A stretch of DNA of 63,965 nt from a virus (taxonomy: Duplodnaviria; Caudoviricetes): positions 1 to 63,965 of the IMG/VR virus record IMGVR_UViG_3300033145_000191; one strand, written 5' to 3'. Positions 29,325-38,620 of the stretch are shown here, piece by piece (within the stretch, counting starts at the first letter, position 1; each line of letters begins with the position of its first letter). Below the pieces are notes generated by a model, which had not been told where the DNA came from, ran no database searches, and was given only the letters and a program-made list of their open reading frames with translations. A program made the position numbers and the translations under genes.

Positions 29325-29876
29325 ATGAAGCCTTGGAAGATATGTGCATATTACACGAAAGGCACACCATACGAAGATATGGTAGATGGATTTCGAAAAT
29401 CATGTCTTGCGAATGGGGTATTGCACCCTCACATCGAAGGATTGCCGGATAAAAATTCTTGGAGAAATAACACTGGTATGAAACCTAGTTTTATATTAAA
29501 TTGCATGGATAGATTCCACAAGTGGAATATTATTTATGTTGATATTGACGCCAAAATCAGAGCGTATCCGGTGTGGTTTGATACAGTCGTCGAGGATTTT
29601 GCTGCAAATACTCAAGCAAGAAAAGAATTATTAAGTGGCACACTTTACTTTGCAAATAATCCAAGAGTTCGTGCCATTGTGGTAAAATGGGTCGAGAAGC
29701 AAGAACGACTTATGCACGTCTTTGATCAGAAGAATCTAGAGAATGTTATCAAAGACGACGAGACCATTACAGTAGCGGAATTACCACCAGCATATGTTCA
29801 AATATTTGACTTGATGGCTCATCATGGTGAGCCAGTCATTGAACACTTCCAAGCTAGTAGGAGATTCAGAAAATGA
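29325..29876 (+). CDS. Nucleotide-diphospho-sugar transferase
   Basis: KPSFIL, IIYVDIDA, SGTLYF, DQKNL, VIEHFQASR. Confidence 0.8.
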   Translation: MKPWKICAYYTKGTPYEDMVDGFRKSCLANGVLHPHIEGLPDKNSWRNNTGMKPSFILNCMDRFHKWNIIYVDIDAKIRAYPVWFDTVVEDFAANTQARKELLSGTLYFANNPRVRAIVVKWVEKQERLMHVFDQKNLENVIKDDETITVAELPPAYVQIFDLMAHHGEPVIEHFQASRRFRK

Positions 29877-30682
29877 AAAAATTTCCAAAAAATGTAAACA
29901 ACGTGCGCGTCCGTAAGCTAGTGGACGGCTCATTTATGCTCCCTCGATGTAATAAGCAAGCTGCCATAGAACTTGATAAAAATTTTATTCGGTGCAGTGG
30001 AGAATTTCGTTGGTTTGAAAAACCTGAACAGTTGATAACGCTCGAAACATTACGAGTTATTTTTGAGGGTAGACGGTGTTACATTGTTGGAAAAGGCCCG
30101 AGTCTTGATAATCTTAAAGCTTCTGATATTGAATTGCCAAATTCACCTGTGGTATGTATCAATGAATCTATTCATAAAGTCGAGTCTTTAAGATTACCAA
30201 ATCCGATTTTTGCAATCCAACAAGATGCTAAATTAGGTATTACTTGTTATCCGGCAAATGGTATTATTTTAATATCAACACAAGCGGCAAATGTATATAG
30301 GCAACTTAATAGAAAATACATCTTTAATCCAAGAACTTATAAAATGACGCCAGGAGCCTTGACTGTGGAGATAGCGGTAGCCCTCTGTAAAGAATTAGGG
30401 ACATCAAGTTTTTCAATGATTAGTTTTGATGCTCATGAAAATGGTTCGACAGATTACGCGAAAGTAATCGGTTATCTGCCGAACCAAGGTGGGAGTGTTG
30501 GAAGATTTTTAAAGCACGCTAAAATTCTAGATAAAATTTTAACAAGTTATTCAGTAGAATATATTACGCCAACAGACCGGTCTTCAACATCTCTCGATAC
30601 ACTTGAGCAGCCACATGAGCATCCGCCACAGCATCATGAGCATTCTCATGAGGAACATGTAAAAGATTCGCAAGATACGTGA
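29873..30682 (+). CDS. Second DUF115/Maf/MptE-like protein
   Basis: CYIVGKGPSLD, CINES, MISFD; 3' end overlaps the convergent exonuclease. Confidence 0.72.
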   Translation: MKKFPKNVNNVRVRKLVDGSFMLPRCNKQAAIELDKNFIRCSGEFRWFEKPEQLITLETLRVIFEGRRCYIVGKGPSLDNLKASDIELPNSPVVCINESIHKVESLRLPNPIFAIQQDAKLGITCYPANGIILISTQAANVYRQLNRKYIFNPRTYKMTPGALTVEIAVALCKELGTSSFSMISFDAHENGSTDYAKVIGYLPNQGGSVGRFLKHAKILDKILTSYSVEYITPTDRSSTSLDTLEQPHEHPPQHHEHSHEEHVKDSQDT

Positions 30683-31193
30683 GGCTCGTTTTAGGAAATG
30701 GAACTTTTTCAGCGTGCCAAGCAGCTCTATCATTAAGAAAAGCTGATGTGCACATTGTATCTTTATAATGATAATGAAAAAGTTCATCATATTCATCATG
30801 ACCAATCCAATGTTGTATGAAACCTTTATCAAAACAATAATTTTGTCCTAGTGGTATGAGTCTTTTTTGTCGACCACTTGGAGTAAATGGAAGTTTAAGT
30901 TTTTTAAACCAGTCGCGGAGCAGGTCTTTAGCAGTTTCTTTGCTAAAGCCATGCTCTGCGGCGTGAACAAGTTTCTTTCTATTCATTTTTCGAGCTTTAC
31001 CTTGACACCTTTCAAGATGTTCACATTGCATATATACAGCAAATGGAATAATATCTGTGCGTGGAATAAAATTTGAATCAAGTGGGATAATAGCAATTTG
31101 AATAATCTCATGCCACCCGGATTCAAGACCAGTTGTTTCACAATCAATAGCAGCACATTGATCACCATTCCAGTGTTCCATAGAATTGCTCAT
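30564..31193 (-). CDS. DEDDh 3'-5' exonuclease
   Basis: IDCETTGL, GQNYCFD, DT, HDAVAD motifs. Confidence 0.9.
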   Translation of the reverse strand: MSNSMEHWNGDQCAAIDCETTGLESGWHEIIQIAIIPLDSNFIPRTDIIPFAVYMQCEHLERCQGKARKMNRKKLVHAAEHGFSKETAKDLLRDWFKKLKLPFTPSGRQKRLIPLGQNYCFDKGFIQHWIGHDEYDELFHYHYKDTMCTSAFLNDRAAWHAEKVPFPKTSLTYLANLLHVPHENAHDAVADAHVAAQVYREMLKTGLLA

Positions 31194-32077
31194 TTTGCTC
31201 TCCTTATCCAAAGTATTTCTTGTGCGTGAACACGTTTATTGATGCCTTCAACATTAGCTTTTTGATTAGACTCTTTGAAGGCCATAGCTTGAAGGGATAC
31301 AAAAGCGTCCCACTCATAACGCTCGTCCCATTTAATAGTATCTTCATATATAGGATTAGAATATCCAGATACAGCAAAGAAACCTATACTATTGTTAATT
31401 GTTTCAAGTAGTCTACGATGTGCTGCATGTGTCATAATATGTGTATAGGCTCCTGCATATGAATCAATATATGGTGGGTCTACATAGAATATTGCGTCTG
31501 GTGCATCGTAGTCGATTATACAATCAATGCCATCTTGATTCTCGACTTGAACATGCTCGAAACGTTCATGGATAAGTGGAAACATTTTTAATTTCTTGCG
31601 TAAGGATGCAAGAATCGCTTTCGGTGATGTTGATCGACCAAAGTTACGACCCATTGTCCCAAATGAATACTGTGTCATATAATACCATCGTGCTGCTCGC
31701 TCGACGTCACTGTGAGTATTTTCCCAAGTGTCTCTACATAATAGAAATTCTTCACGAGAATGAACTGTGAGTTCAAGCCAGTCGCACAATTGACGCATCT
31801 TATTATGATTCTTGATGCATCTGTAGAATGATGTTACTCCTGCGTATCGATCATTGAACACTTCGAGTCTTGAGGGTTTTCGTGCCAATAGTAAGGCGGC
31901 TGATCCGCCATAAGGTTCGATATATCGTTTCTCATATGGTAAGTGCCCAAGAATCTGTTTAACAGACTTGGATTTACCGCCAGGATAACCAAAAGGAGGT
32001 TTGAGAATTTCTTCACGCGTTCTTTTAGTTTCATGTGCATCAAGTTCTTCAAATGGATTCCATTTGGCATTAGGCAT
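31190..32077 (-). CDS. DNA adenine methyltransferase (Dam/D12 class)
   Basis: YPGGKS, YIEPYGGSA, FND, FYVDPPY. Confidence 0.92.
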   Translation of the reverse strand: MPNAKWNPFEELDAHETKRTREEILKPPFGYPGGKSKSVKQILGHLPYEKRYIEPYGGSAALLLARKPSRLEVFNDRYAGVTSFYRCIKNHNKMRQLCDWLELTVHSREEFLLCRDTWENTHSDVERAARWYYMTQYSFGTMGRNFGRSTSPKAILASLRKKLKMFPLIHERFEHVQVENQDGIDCIIDYDAPDAIFYVDPPYIDSYAGAYTHIMTHAAHRRLLETINNSIGFFAVSGYSNPIYEDTIKWDERYEWDAFVSLQAMAFKESNQKANVEGINKRVHAQEILWIRRAK

Positions 32078-32122
32078 AGCATCTCCAATTTAATAGGGTT
32101 GGAATTCAGCATCAGTATTACA

Positions 32123-32560
32123 TCAAACAATATTTTCACAAAAGATTAATTTACCCTTCTTCCATGCAGCTCGATCTTTCTTGATTCGCATAATCAAGCT
32201 TTTTGGACAACGATGTTTGTTTGCTAAGCTCATTGGCAATTTACCTTCAACTATTCGCTTATAGGTCCAGCGGAAGCCAAAGATATTCCATGCAGCTGCC
32301 ATTTCATGTGACTCATCATCCCAACCCCAAAAGGCTTTTGCCGAATGTCGACGATTAGAATCGTAATATTTGTGTAGAGGAATACCTTTTTCCCAATTAC
32401 GAGGAAGGTATTTCTCTGCGCCCGCTTCATAATGTATAGCTAATTCCATTTCAATATCAAAGGGCACAAGATGAAATGCACCTTTCATACTACCACTAGC
32501 GTCTCGAACTGCACCAGTAGAAAATACTTCTCGCCTACCAGAGTCTTTGATTTTAATCAT
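32123..32560 (-). CDS. dATP/dGTP diphosphohydrolase domain protein (DUF5664-like)
   Basis: DSG...FSTGAVRD, GAEKY..RNWEKG, RH, ESH..AAAWN. Confidence 0.85.
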   Translation of the reverse strand: MIKIKDSGRREVFSTGAVRDASGSMKGAFHLVPFDIEMELAIHYEAGAEKYLPRNWEKGIPLHKYYDSNRRHSAKAFWGWDDESHEMAAAWNIFGFRWTYKRIVEGKLPMSLANKHRCPKSLIMRIKKDRAAWKKGKLIFCENIV

Positions 32561-32756
32561 CAGTCACCGCCTCTTGTAAAGTGATTGCGACTTCTGTTGC
32601 TGTATTCAAATGACTAAATCCAGAGAATAAGGCAACAAGATTCTTTGGATTATGTAAGTGTGTTGTGGGTGTTCCTTTTGGTTGAACAGCCATGATGGTA
32701 AATCCATCAGGGTATTCAGCTTCGAGAAACTCTAATACATTTTCACGTAGTGCCAT
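32553..32756 (-). CDS. Hypothetical protein
   Basis: AGGAG RBS; packed in operon. Confidence 0.55.
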   Translation of the reverse strand: MALRENVLEFLEAEYPDGFTIMAVQPKGTPTTHLHNPKNLVALFSGFSHLNTATEVAITLQEAVTDD

Positions 32757-32757
32757 A

Positions 32758-32955
32758 CTATACTCCTAATTTTAGTTGGCCATAAGTCCACAGGCCAACG
32801 GATTCTAAAATTACTAAGCTAGAACTTTGCACGACATTAACACCGATGAACTTGTGTTCTGGAAGCTTGATGATTAAAGTATCTCCTTGTTCAAAGGCAC
32901 ATCGTAAGGCTTCTCTAGAGCCATCTGACAATTTATCCAGGGTTTGACGTATCAT
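32758..32955 (-). CDS. Hypothetical protein
   Basis: Overlaps the primase-helicase stop; packed in operon. Confidence 0.55.
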   Translation of the reverse strand: MIRQTLDKLSDGSREALRCAFEQGDTLIIKLPEHKFIGVNVVQSSSLVILESVGLWTYGQLKLGV

Positions 32956-35647
32956 CTTTAACCCTTTCTAAATAGTTAGCCCTAGCTACAAATTTAGTTC
33001 CAATATGTTCTTCATCAATAGCATTACCGTGCCATGTTATATTACCGATGTAAAATTGACCGTCTGCATGAATTCTTGCTTTGGGATATTGTGGTGGTAA
33101 TTCTCTACCAACACGAATCTTAGTCCATTTTGGAACGTCATTAACATCAAGCCATTTAAGAAATTCAGTATGAAAATCACTGAATTTAATAGATATACCA
33201 TTATAATATTCACATTTTTCGCTAATGAAAAGTTCTAATTGTGTTTGATTAAATTGTTGTGCTGTTACTTTATCCTCAGTCTCAATTACTGGAACATTAA
33301 GCCTGTCATTTGATCTTGGAATTTCAAGTTTTAAGATGTCACCAAGTAAATGTGGGGCTTCTTTTTCAAGCAATGGGATAATATCTTTTTTAGGTATTTG
33401 TGTCAAAGGGTCAAGTAGTTCGACATAAGACATGGTGATTCTAGTATCACCTGTAAATATTGGACATGCTTGATGATTATTAGCGCATTGAATCCAGTGT
33501 GTTGTATTGGGTATATGGTAAGGTGTTTTACCTTTACAATGAATAAGAAGGTCGCGTGATGTGACCCAATCTTTAATTCTATCATAAGCTGAACTAGATT
33601 TTGCTAAATTCGTTTCCTCAACAACACAGATGATTGCACCCTCAAGTTCGCCATTGAATCCGGCCTGTGAAATAAGAGCAGCATCTGCTCGCTTATATCC
33701 TTTTGTAAGCAATAATGATAAAGCTTCATGGAAAATAGACTTACCACTATTCTGTGGGCCATAGAAGAAAAGATATGGCAAAGGTTCAGTTGGCTCTTGG
33801 AATAATGACGCTACCCAAATCTTCAAATAGTCAGCACCATTCAAGACACCATTAGCTTTGGCCCAACCATTATTAATGATTGCGTCATCAAGACCCTTAC
33901 CGCAATGTTGAAATATCTTATCCCATGTGGGATAGATATAAGTATCAAGGTGTCTTTCTGGTAGAAACTTTAATTGTGCAGCATTCCTATTCCATTCACG
34001 GTCACCAGGATATTCTGGTTGAAATGGCTTGTTGACAACTCGCCAAGCCTTAAAGACACTAGAACCAAGAATACCGATTGTTTCTTTATTAGTATAGCCA
34101 AGACTTTGTAGTGCAATCTTCAAGTGTGTAAGTGGTTCAAGACGCCATTTGTTATCTGATTTTAACATCCAACCATAATCCTCATTAGACTCTGTAACTA
34201 GATGTCTAACGAGGTCGTCATAATTTCCTAAATCTGTTTCTGTGGGTGTGGATACTTGAGCATTGAAGATACGTGTCCATTTATCTTTTTTAATTAACCA
34301 TCCCTGCATTTCATCTGCAGAGTCATGACCGTCATACATAACTTCAATTATTAATCGACCATCCTTATGTTGCTTAAGAATACATCGTCTACTGCGGAGT
34401 GCAGTTGCGACTTTCATTGTAACACCTAAGAGTGCCGCTGCCTTAATAGCTATCTCGGCCTCACGAAATACAAAACCGCCGGATGGATCTTCTAATCCGC
34501 CGAAAGCACGGCATGCTGTGGAGATATCTGGCTCCCGATTAAGGAAGCATCGCGTCCACCCCGCGCCGTCTTGCTCCCAAGACGCATGTTCAGACACACC
34601 CGGCGTATAACGACGAATTGCCCATGCACCTTTACGCATAGGAAATGCAAAACAATTCTGTTCATTAACCATTGTAGCCGGTGAAGAAGTTTCAAAATAA
34701 CCTTTGTAGCCAAGTTCCTTGTGTGCAGCCTGTAAGTGTGTTGTGTGAGTAACAAGCATGTGGTGGTCAGTGTCCCACCACCATAATACATTGGAGTCTT
34801 TTAAGAACTCAATTAATTTTTTATGTTCATCATCTAATTGCACATGAACATATTGTCCGCATAATTCTTCAAAAACATCCATGCTATTTTTATCTTTTAG
34901 GTTCTGTGGAAGATTTTTACGTCGTTTGCCAGTAATAACTTTAACATGGTCTCTCCAATTTGGTGGAATTGATTTAAGAATCCCACCTTGTTTCACTAAT
35001 ATAAGACCATCTGTGCCACGCATCCTACGTGCCCATACCCACATATTACCACCACAAATATCTACTTTACTCTGGAAATTGTAACCAGTTAAAGCAGTCA
35101 TGGTTCCAAGTATCGAGCGTGCGAGTGCTGCGTGTTCATTGTGATTAGCTGTATGCACATCATCAAGCATCACGTATAGGTGTAAACCCTTGCCAGAAGT
35201 TGATTTACGAATCGTTATCCATTCTATTTTAACAGCAGCAGTTTTTACATCTTCAAGTTCTTCATTTGTCAATTTATTTTCATTCTTATCAGAATGACCA
35301 ATTATTGCATCAAAATCAAATGCAACCCATTGGCTACATCGTTTCTGCCAATTCCACCCAGTCATTCCAATAGCTTCTACATGGGCCGCTAAGTCAAACC
35401 TGATTATGGAATCTTCAAATTCAGGGTCAGAGAATGCTTTGTATGGAATTCTAAAAGATTTCCATGTCGTCTGACCATCTGACCAACCATGCCATTTACG
35501 ACCTTGATATGTGCCATCTATACGCTCACCCGCGTCTTGTGCGACATTAACCTGACACTCCATACCAAGATGGTATAATCGTGCCAGATCCGAATGGGTG
35601 CTTGCGATTAAGAATCGTTCAATAGCTTTTGTTTTAGTTGGTTGCAT
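32933..35647 (-). CDS. Primase-polymerase (AEP)-helicase fusion
   Basis: AFDFD and STSGKGLHLY AEP motifs; GPQNSGKS Walker A, VVEE Walker B, HWIQCAN motif C (SF3-like). Confidence 0.85.
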   Translation of the reverse strand: MQPTKTKAIERFLIASTHSDLARLYHLGMECQVNVAQDAGERIDGTYQGRKWHGWSDGQTTWKSFRIPYKAFSDPEFEDSIIRFDLAAHVEAIGMTGWNWQKRCSQWVAFDFDAIIGHSDKNENKLTNEELEDVKTAAVKIEWITIRKSTSGKGLHLYVMLDDVHTANHNEHAALARSILGTMTALTGYNFQSKVDICGGNMWVWARRMRGTDGLILVKQGGILKSIPPNWRDHVKVITGKRRKNLPQNLKDKNSMDVFEELCGQYVHVQLDDEHKKLIEFLKDSNVLWWWDTDHHMLVTHTTHLQAAHKELGYKGYFETSSPATMVNEQNCFAFPMRKGAWAIRRYTPGVSEHASWEQDGAGWTRCFLNREPDISTACRAFGGLEDPSGGFVFREAEIAIKAAALLGVTMKVATALRSRRCILKQHKDGRLIIEVMYDGHDSADEMQGWLIKKDKWTRIFNAQVSTPTETDLGNYDDLVRHLVTESNEDYGWMLKSDNKWRLEPLTHLKIALQSLGYTNKETIGILGSSVFKAWRVVNKPFQPEYPGDREWNRNAAQLKFLPERHLDTYIYPTWDKIFQHCGKGLDDAIINNGWAKANGVLNGADYLKIWVASLFQEPTEPLPYLFFYGPQNSGKSIFHEALSLLLTKGYKRADAALISQAGFNGELEGAIICVVEETNLAKSSSAYDRIKDWVTSRDLLIHCKGKTPYHIPNTTHWIQCANNHQACPIFTGDTRITMSYVELLDPLTQIPKKDIIPLLEKEAPHLLGDILKLEIPRSNDRLNVPVIETEDKVTAQQFNQTQLELFISEKCEYYNGISIKFSDFHTEFLKWLDVNDVPKWTKIRVGRELPPQYPKARIHADGQFYIGNITWHGNAIDEEHIGTKFVARANYLERVKDDTSNPG

Positions 35648-35760
35648 ATGATTCTCCAAATCTCATAGATTCGATTAAAATCAAATCATTTTTAAGTATT
35701 GGCTAAATTATCCCGTCAATACTCTTTACGTGATATACAAGAAACTTTTAAGACAATTTT

Positions 35761-35785
35761 TAAGTCGTTTTGTGGCAAAGACTTA
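35761..35785. promoter_or_regulatory. TAAGTC-N13-GACTTA dyad element in divergent intergenic region
   Basis: Same architecture as the elements at 927-1137. Confidence 0.55.
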
Positions 35786-35929
35786 CGACAATTCATACTG
35801 TCTTATTCTCAGTTTGCAGCATAGAATGACAGATAAAAAATAGAAAACTACACAGCGAATTAGACTCGAAATAGTCAGTAAAACGGTATCCATTAATACA
35901 CTATACGCCGAAAATATATTTATTTTCTT

Positions 35930-35966
35930 CTTAAAAAATCACCCCAAATCCCGTAAAGACTTATAT
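35930..35966 (+). promoter_or_regulatory. Candidate phage-specific promoter, second copy
   Basis: CTTAAAAAATCA-CCCC-AAATCCCGTAAAG matches 2376-2404. Confidence 0.55.
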
Positions 35967-36067
35967 CGTGCCGACATTCATTTCGGGTGCGGCAAGGCCG
36001 AATGATAATCGAATCGCTCGTTGATTTGATTATTTCGGCGATTTCAAATCTTTTTATGGAAAGGGGT

Positions 36068-37138
36068 ATGCGTATGTCAGAGGCATCGACAGAAGAAGCA
36101 GTAGTCGAGCAGGAAAAAGTCCAGTTGGGACTCCAAACGGTTTCGATTTCGGAAATCAGGGAGAACCCGGTGGCACTTCGCACAGTGAACACTGAGTCTG
36201 AGAGTTATCTCGGAATCGTGGCATCCATTCGTGAGAAGGGATTTATGGGGGCTATCTGCGTTCGACCGCAGGTTGCTGAAGATGGCAGCCGTTACTTCGA
36301 GCTTGTTGATGGTCTCCATCGTTTTGCTGCGGCTAAAGATGCCGGGCTGACGGAAATCAACGTGGATGTCAAGAATCTGAACGATGATCAGACGCTTGAG
36401 GCACAGATTATGGCCAACATCCACAAGGTCGAGACAAAGCCGGTTGAGTATTCGCAACAGTTGAAGCGAATCCTGATTCGGAATCCTCTCATGGCTGAAG
36501 GTGAACTCGCCAAGAAGCTCGGCAAGTCTCCGCAGTGGATTAAGGAGCGTCTCGGTCTCAATCGTATCGACAATGAAGTTATTGTCGAGCTTATCAATGA
36601 GGGCCAAATCAATCTCACGAATGCTTATGCCCTCGCCAAGCTTCCGGCGGAAGAAATGGCAGATTTCTCCGACCGCGCTATGACACTTGACCCCAAGGAG
36701 TTTGTCCCGCAGGTCAATGCCCGCGCAAAGGAAATCCGCGATGCAAAACGTGCTGGTAAGGATGCCGGTCCCGCCGAGTTTGTGCCTGTTGCATTTATGC
36801 AGAAGATTGGCGCAATCAAGGACGAGCTTGAGAATGGTAGTATTGCAGAAGTTCTAATTCCTGAATCCGGAGCCAAAACGGCCGCAGACGGATTCAAGTT
36901 GGCCATTAATTGGATTCTTCATCTTGACCCAAAGTCGGTAGAAGCACAGAAGGCCAAGGATGAGGAACGTCAGGCACAGCGTAAGGCCGCAAAGAAGATC
37001 AGAACTGTCGAGAAAGCAGAGAAGAAGGCTGCCGACGACAAGGCAAAGGCTGAAAAGTCAGCAAAACTTGCCGAGGAAGCAAAGGAAGCTGCTGCAAAAG
37101 AAGCTTCTGAAGGAGATACACCTCCGGCTGCCGAGTAG
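36068..37138 (+). CDS. ParB/RepB/Spo0J-family protein with Lys/Ala/Glu-rich tail
   Basis: ELVDGLHRFAA, ANIHK, HTH (ELAKKLGKSPQWIKERL). Confidence 0.88.
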   Translation: MRMSEASTEEAVVEQEKVQLGLQTVSISEIRENPVALRTVNTESESYLGIVASIREKGFMGAICVRPQVAEDGSRYFELVDGLHRFAAAKDAGLTEINVDVKNLNDDQTLEAQIMANIHKVETKPVEYSQQLKRILIRNPLMAEGELAKKLGKSPQWIKERLGLNRIDNEVIVELINEGQINLTNAYALAKLPAEEMADFSDRAMTLDPKEFVPQVNARAKEIRDAKRAGKDAGPAEFVPVAFMQKIGAIKDELENGSIAEVLIPESGAKTAADGFKLAINWILHLDPKSVEAQKAKDEERQAQRKAAKKIRTVEKAEKKAADDKAKAEKSAKLAEEAKEAAAKEASEGDTPPAAE

Positions 37139-37165
37139 ATTTTAATAATCTGCTCACCAACCAAA

Positions 37166-37298
37166 GGTCCGGGCTAAACGGTAGAGCTTACTGACTGTCT
37201 AAAGCTGATACTAATTAATAATTTTTATTAGGTAATAGGAAATAGGTAAGGCGTTAGCCGATTTAATCGGGACTATACGATATTCCGTGGCCCGGACC
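37166..37298 (+). ncRNA. Candidate structured RNA with tRNA-like ends
   Basis: GGTCCGGGC pairs with GCCCGGACC; D-arm-like GCTAAACGGTAGAGC; ORF-free gap. Confidence 0.35.
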
Positions 37299-37328
37299 AT
37301 TTTACTAACATGAATAGAGAGGACAAAC

Positions 37329-38036
37329 ATGACAGAAGATAAGAATCTTCCAACGACCACAGAGAGTTTCGTGCCAGCAACTATTGACCAGCTTAGCGAG
37401 GCATTACCCGCATCGATACATGACGACAGTGAGTTTACTGCTGCAGTAGCTACTGGTGACTTTCTTCCTCGTCTCCAGCTTATGACAGCCAATTCCGAGA
37501 AATGCAGTGATGGTTCATTTCCAATTAATCATTATGCTTTGGTTAGTGGTCAGAATCATGATGATCTTGGAGATTCTGTTGTTGTGGCTGTTCTTGACTG
37601 GTCTCCGAAAGCCATCGAAATGGGTGGTGATGTTGTTATCACAGTCTACAAACAGGATGATCCTGAGTTCGAGCGTATAGCAGCAAAATCAACTCAGAAA
37701 GATTCCGGCTGCATGTTTGGAATCGAATTCCTTGTATGGATTCCAGAAACTGGTATCCAGCGATTTGCTACTTTCTTCATGGGTAGTAAGTCGTCCCGTC
37801 GTGAAGCTCCTAATGTTAAGGCGCAGATGCATAAGTTGTGTAAGTTGGTAGCTCAGAAAATTGAGACACGAAAATACACATGGTTTGCGCCGAAGGCAGA
37901 ACAGTGTTCCGATGAAGTAGTATTGCCCCCGATTACCGAAATCCAGAAGCAGGTTGAGAAATTCCGCAACCCGCCGAAGCCGGAAATCGAAGTTGCACCC
38001 GAAGCTGATGCCGAAGAAGAAGGACGTGCACGGTAG
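37329..38036 (+). CDS. Putative ssDNA-binding protein
   Basis: FLPRLQLM motif, aromatic TWF, acidic C-terminal tail, replication context. Confidence 0.55.
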   Translation: MTEDKNLPTTTESFVPATIDQLSEALPASIHDDSEFTAAVATGDFLPRLQLMTANSEKCSDGSFPINHYALVSGQNHDDLGDSVVVAVLDWSPKAIEMGGDVVITVYKQDDPEFERIAAKSTQKDSGCMFGIEFLVWIPETGIQRFATFFMGSKSSRREAPNVKAQMHKLCKLVAQKIETRKYTWFAPKAEQCSDEVVLPPITEIQKQVEKFRNPPKPEIEVAPEADAEEEGRAR

Positions 38037-38052
38037 CAACGTAGAGGTTGTG

Positions 38053-38087
38053 GGGTGGGTGAGTCGCAAGTGTGCGGCCACCCACCC
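38053..38087 (+). terminator. Stem-loop after SSB-like gene
   Basis: GGGTGGGTG...CACCCACCC. Confidence 0.55.
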
Positions 38088-38110
38088 GTCTTATCTATTA
38101 GGGGGTAGTT

Positions 38111-38620
38111 ATGCAATTTGCAGTAGCACCAATCTCAATGACAAAGCCAGACTGGACACAATACCAACGATTATATCGTGAAGTGTGTGATGAAAGTCCA
38201 ACTGGGGGCTTAGATAGTCACAATATGAGTCTTGATGCACCAGCTGCATTTCTCTCGACGCTTGATTTTAAAAATCAACCACATAGTAATATGCGGAATC
38301 CTAATAAGTCTTTTGGGCATGTTCATATTGGATTTGGTATTGTATGTGATAGAGATTTTCTAATTAACTTTATAAAATATACAGACATTAATACATTAAT
38401 AAAAGAACAAGGTCGTTTAGTATTTATTATTGCTACAGGGAATATGGAGCAATGGCGCAAGTATGTTGTGTCTGCGTGTGCACGAAATAGTAATAAGGAT
38501 TCACGCGCTATGGGTTCTATAATTTATCAATATTTAACTCGTGGCGGGTTTAAAGATTTATGGTATCAATATACAATAAAAACACAATCTGATAAGACAA
38601 TTATACTGGAGAGAAAATGA
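38111..38620 (+). CDS. Degenerate ThyX-like protein
   Basis: IATGNMEQWRKYV...R.MG..IYQYL resembles the ThyX C-terminus; RHRx7S motif absent. Confidence 0.4.
   Translation: MQFAVAPISMTKPDWTQYQRLYREVCDESPTGGLDSHNMSLDAPAAFLSTLDFKNQPHSNMRNPNKSFGHVHIGFGIVCDRDFLINFIKYTDINTLIKEQGRLVFIIATGNMEQWRKYVVSACARNSNKDSRAMGSIIYQYLTRGGFKDLWYQYTIKTQSDKTIILERK

Noticed and set aside
30564-30682. His-rich metal-binding tail (PHEHPPQHHEHSHEEH)
   Set aside because: It is the antisense reading of the convergent exonuclease's conserved C-terminus, so probably incidental
35987-36067. N-terminal extension of the first ParB ORF
   Set aside because: The RBS-like GGAAAGGGG precedes the ATGs at 36068/36074; the upstream part looks like leader sequence
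36077-37164. Antisense ORFs over ParB (and similar shadow ORFs elsewhere, e.g. 63026-63499)
   Set aside because: They overlap well-supported genes, lack motifs and are expected in GC-richer sequence
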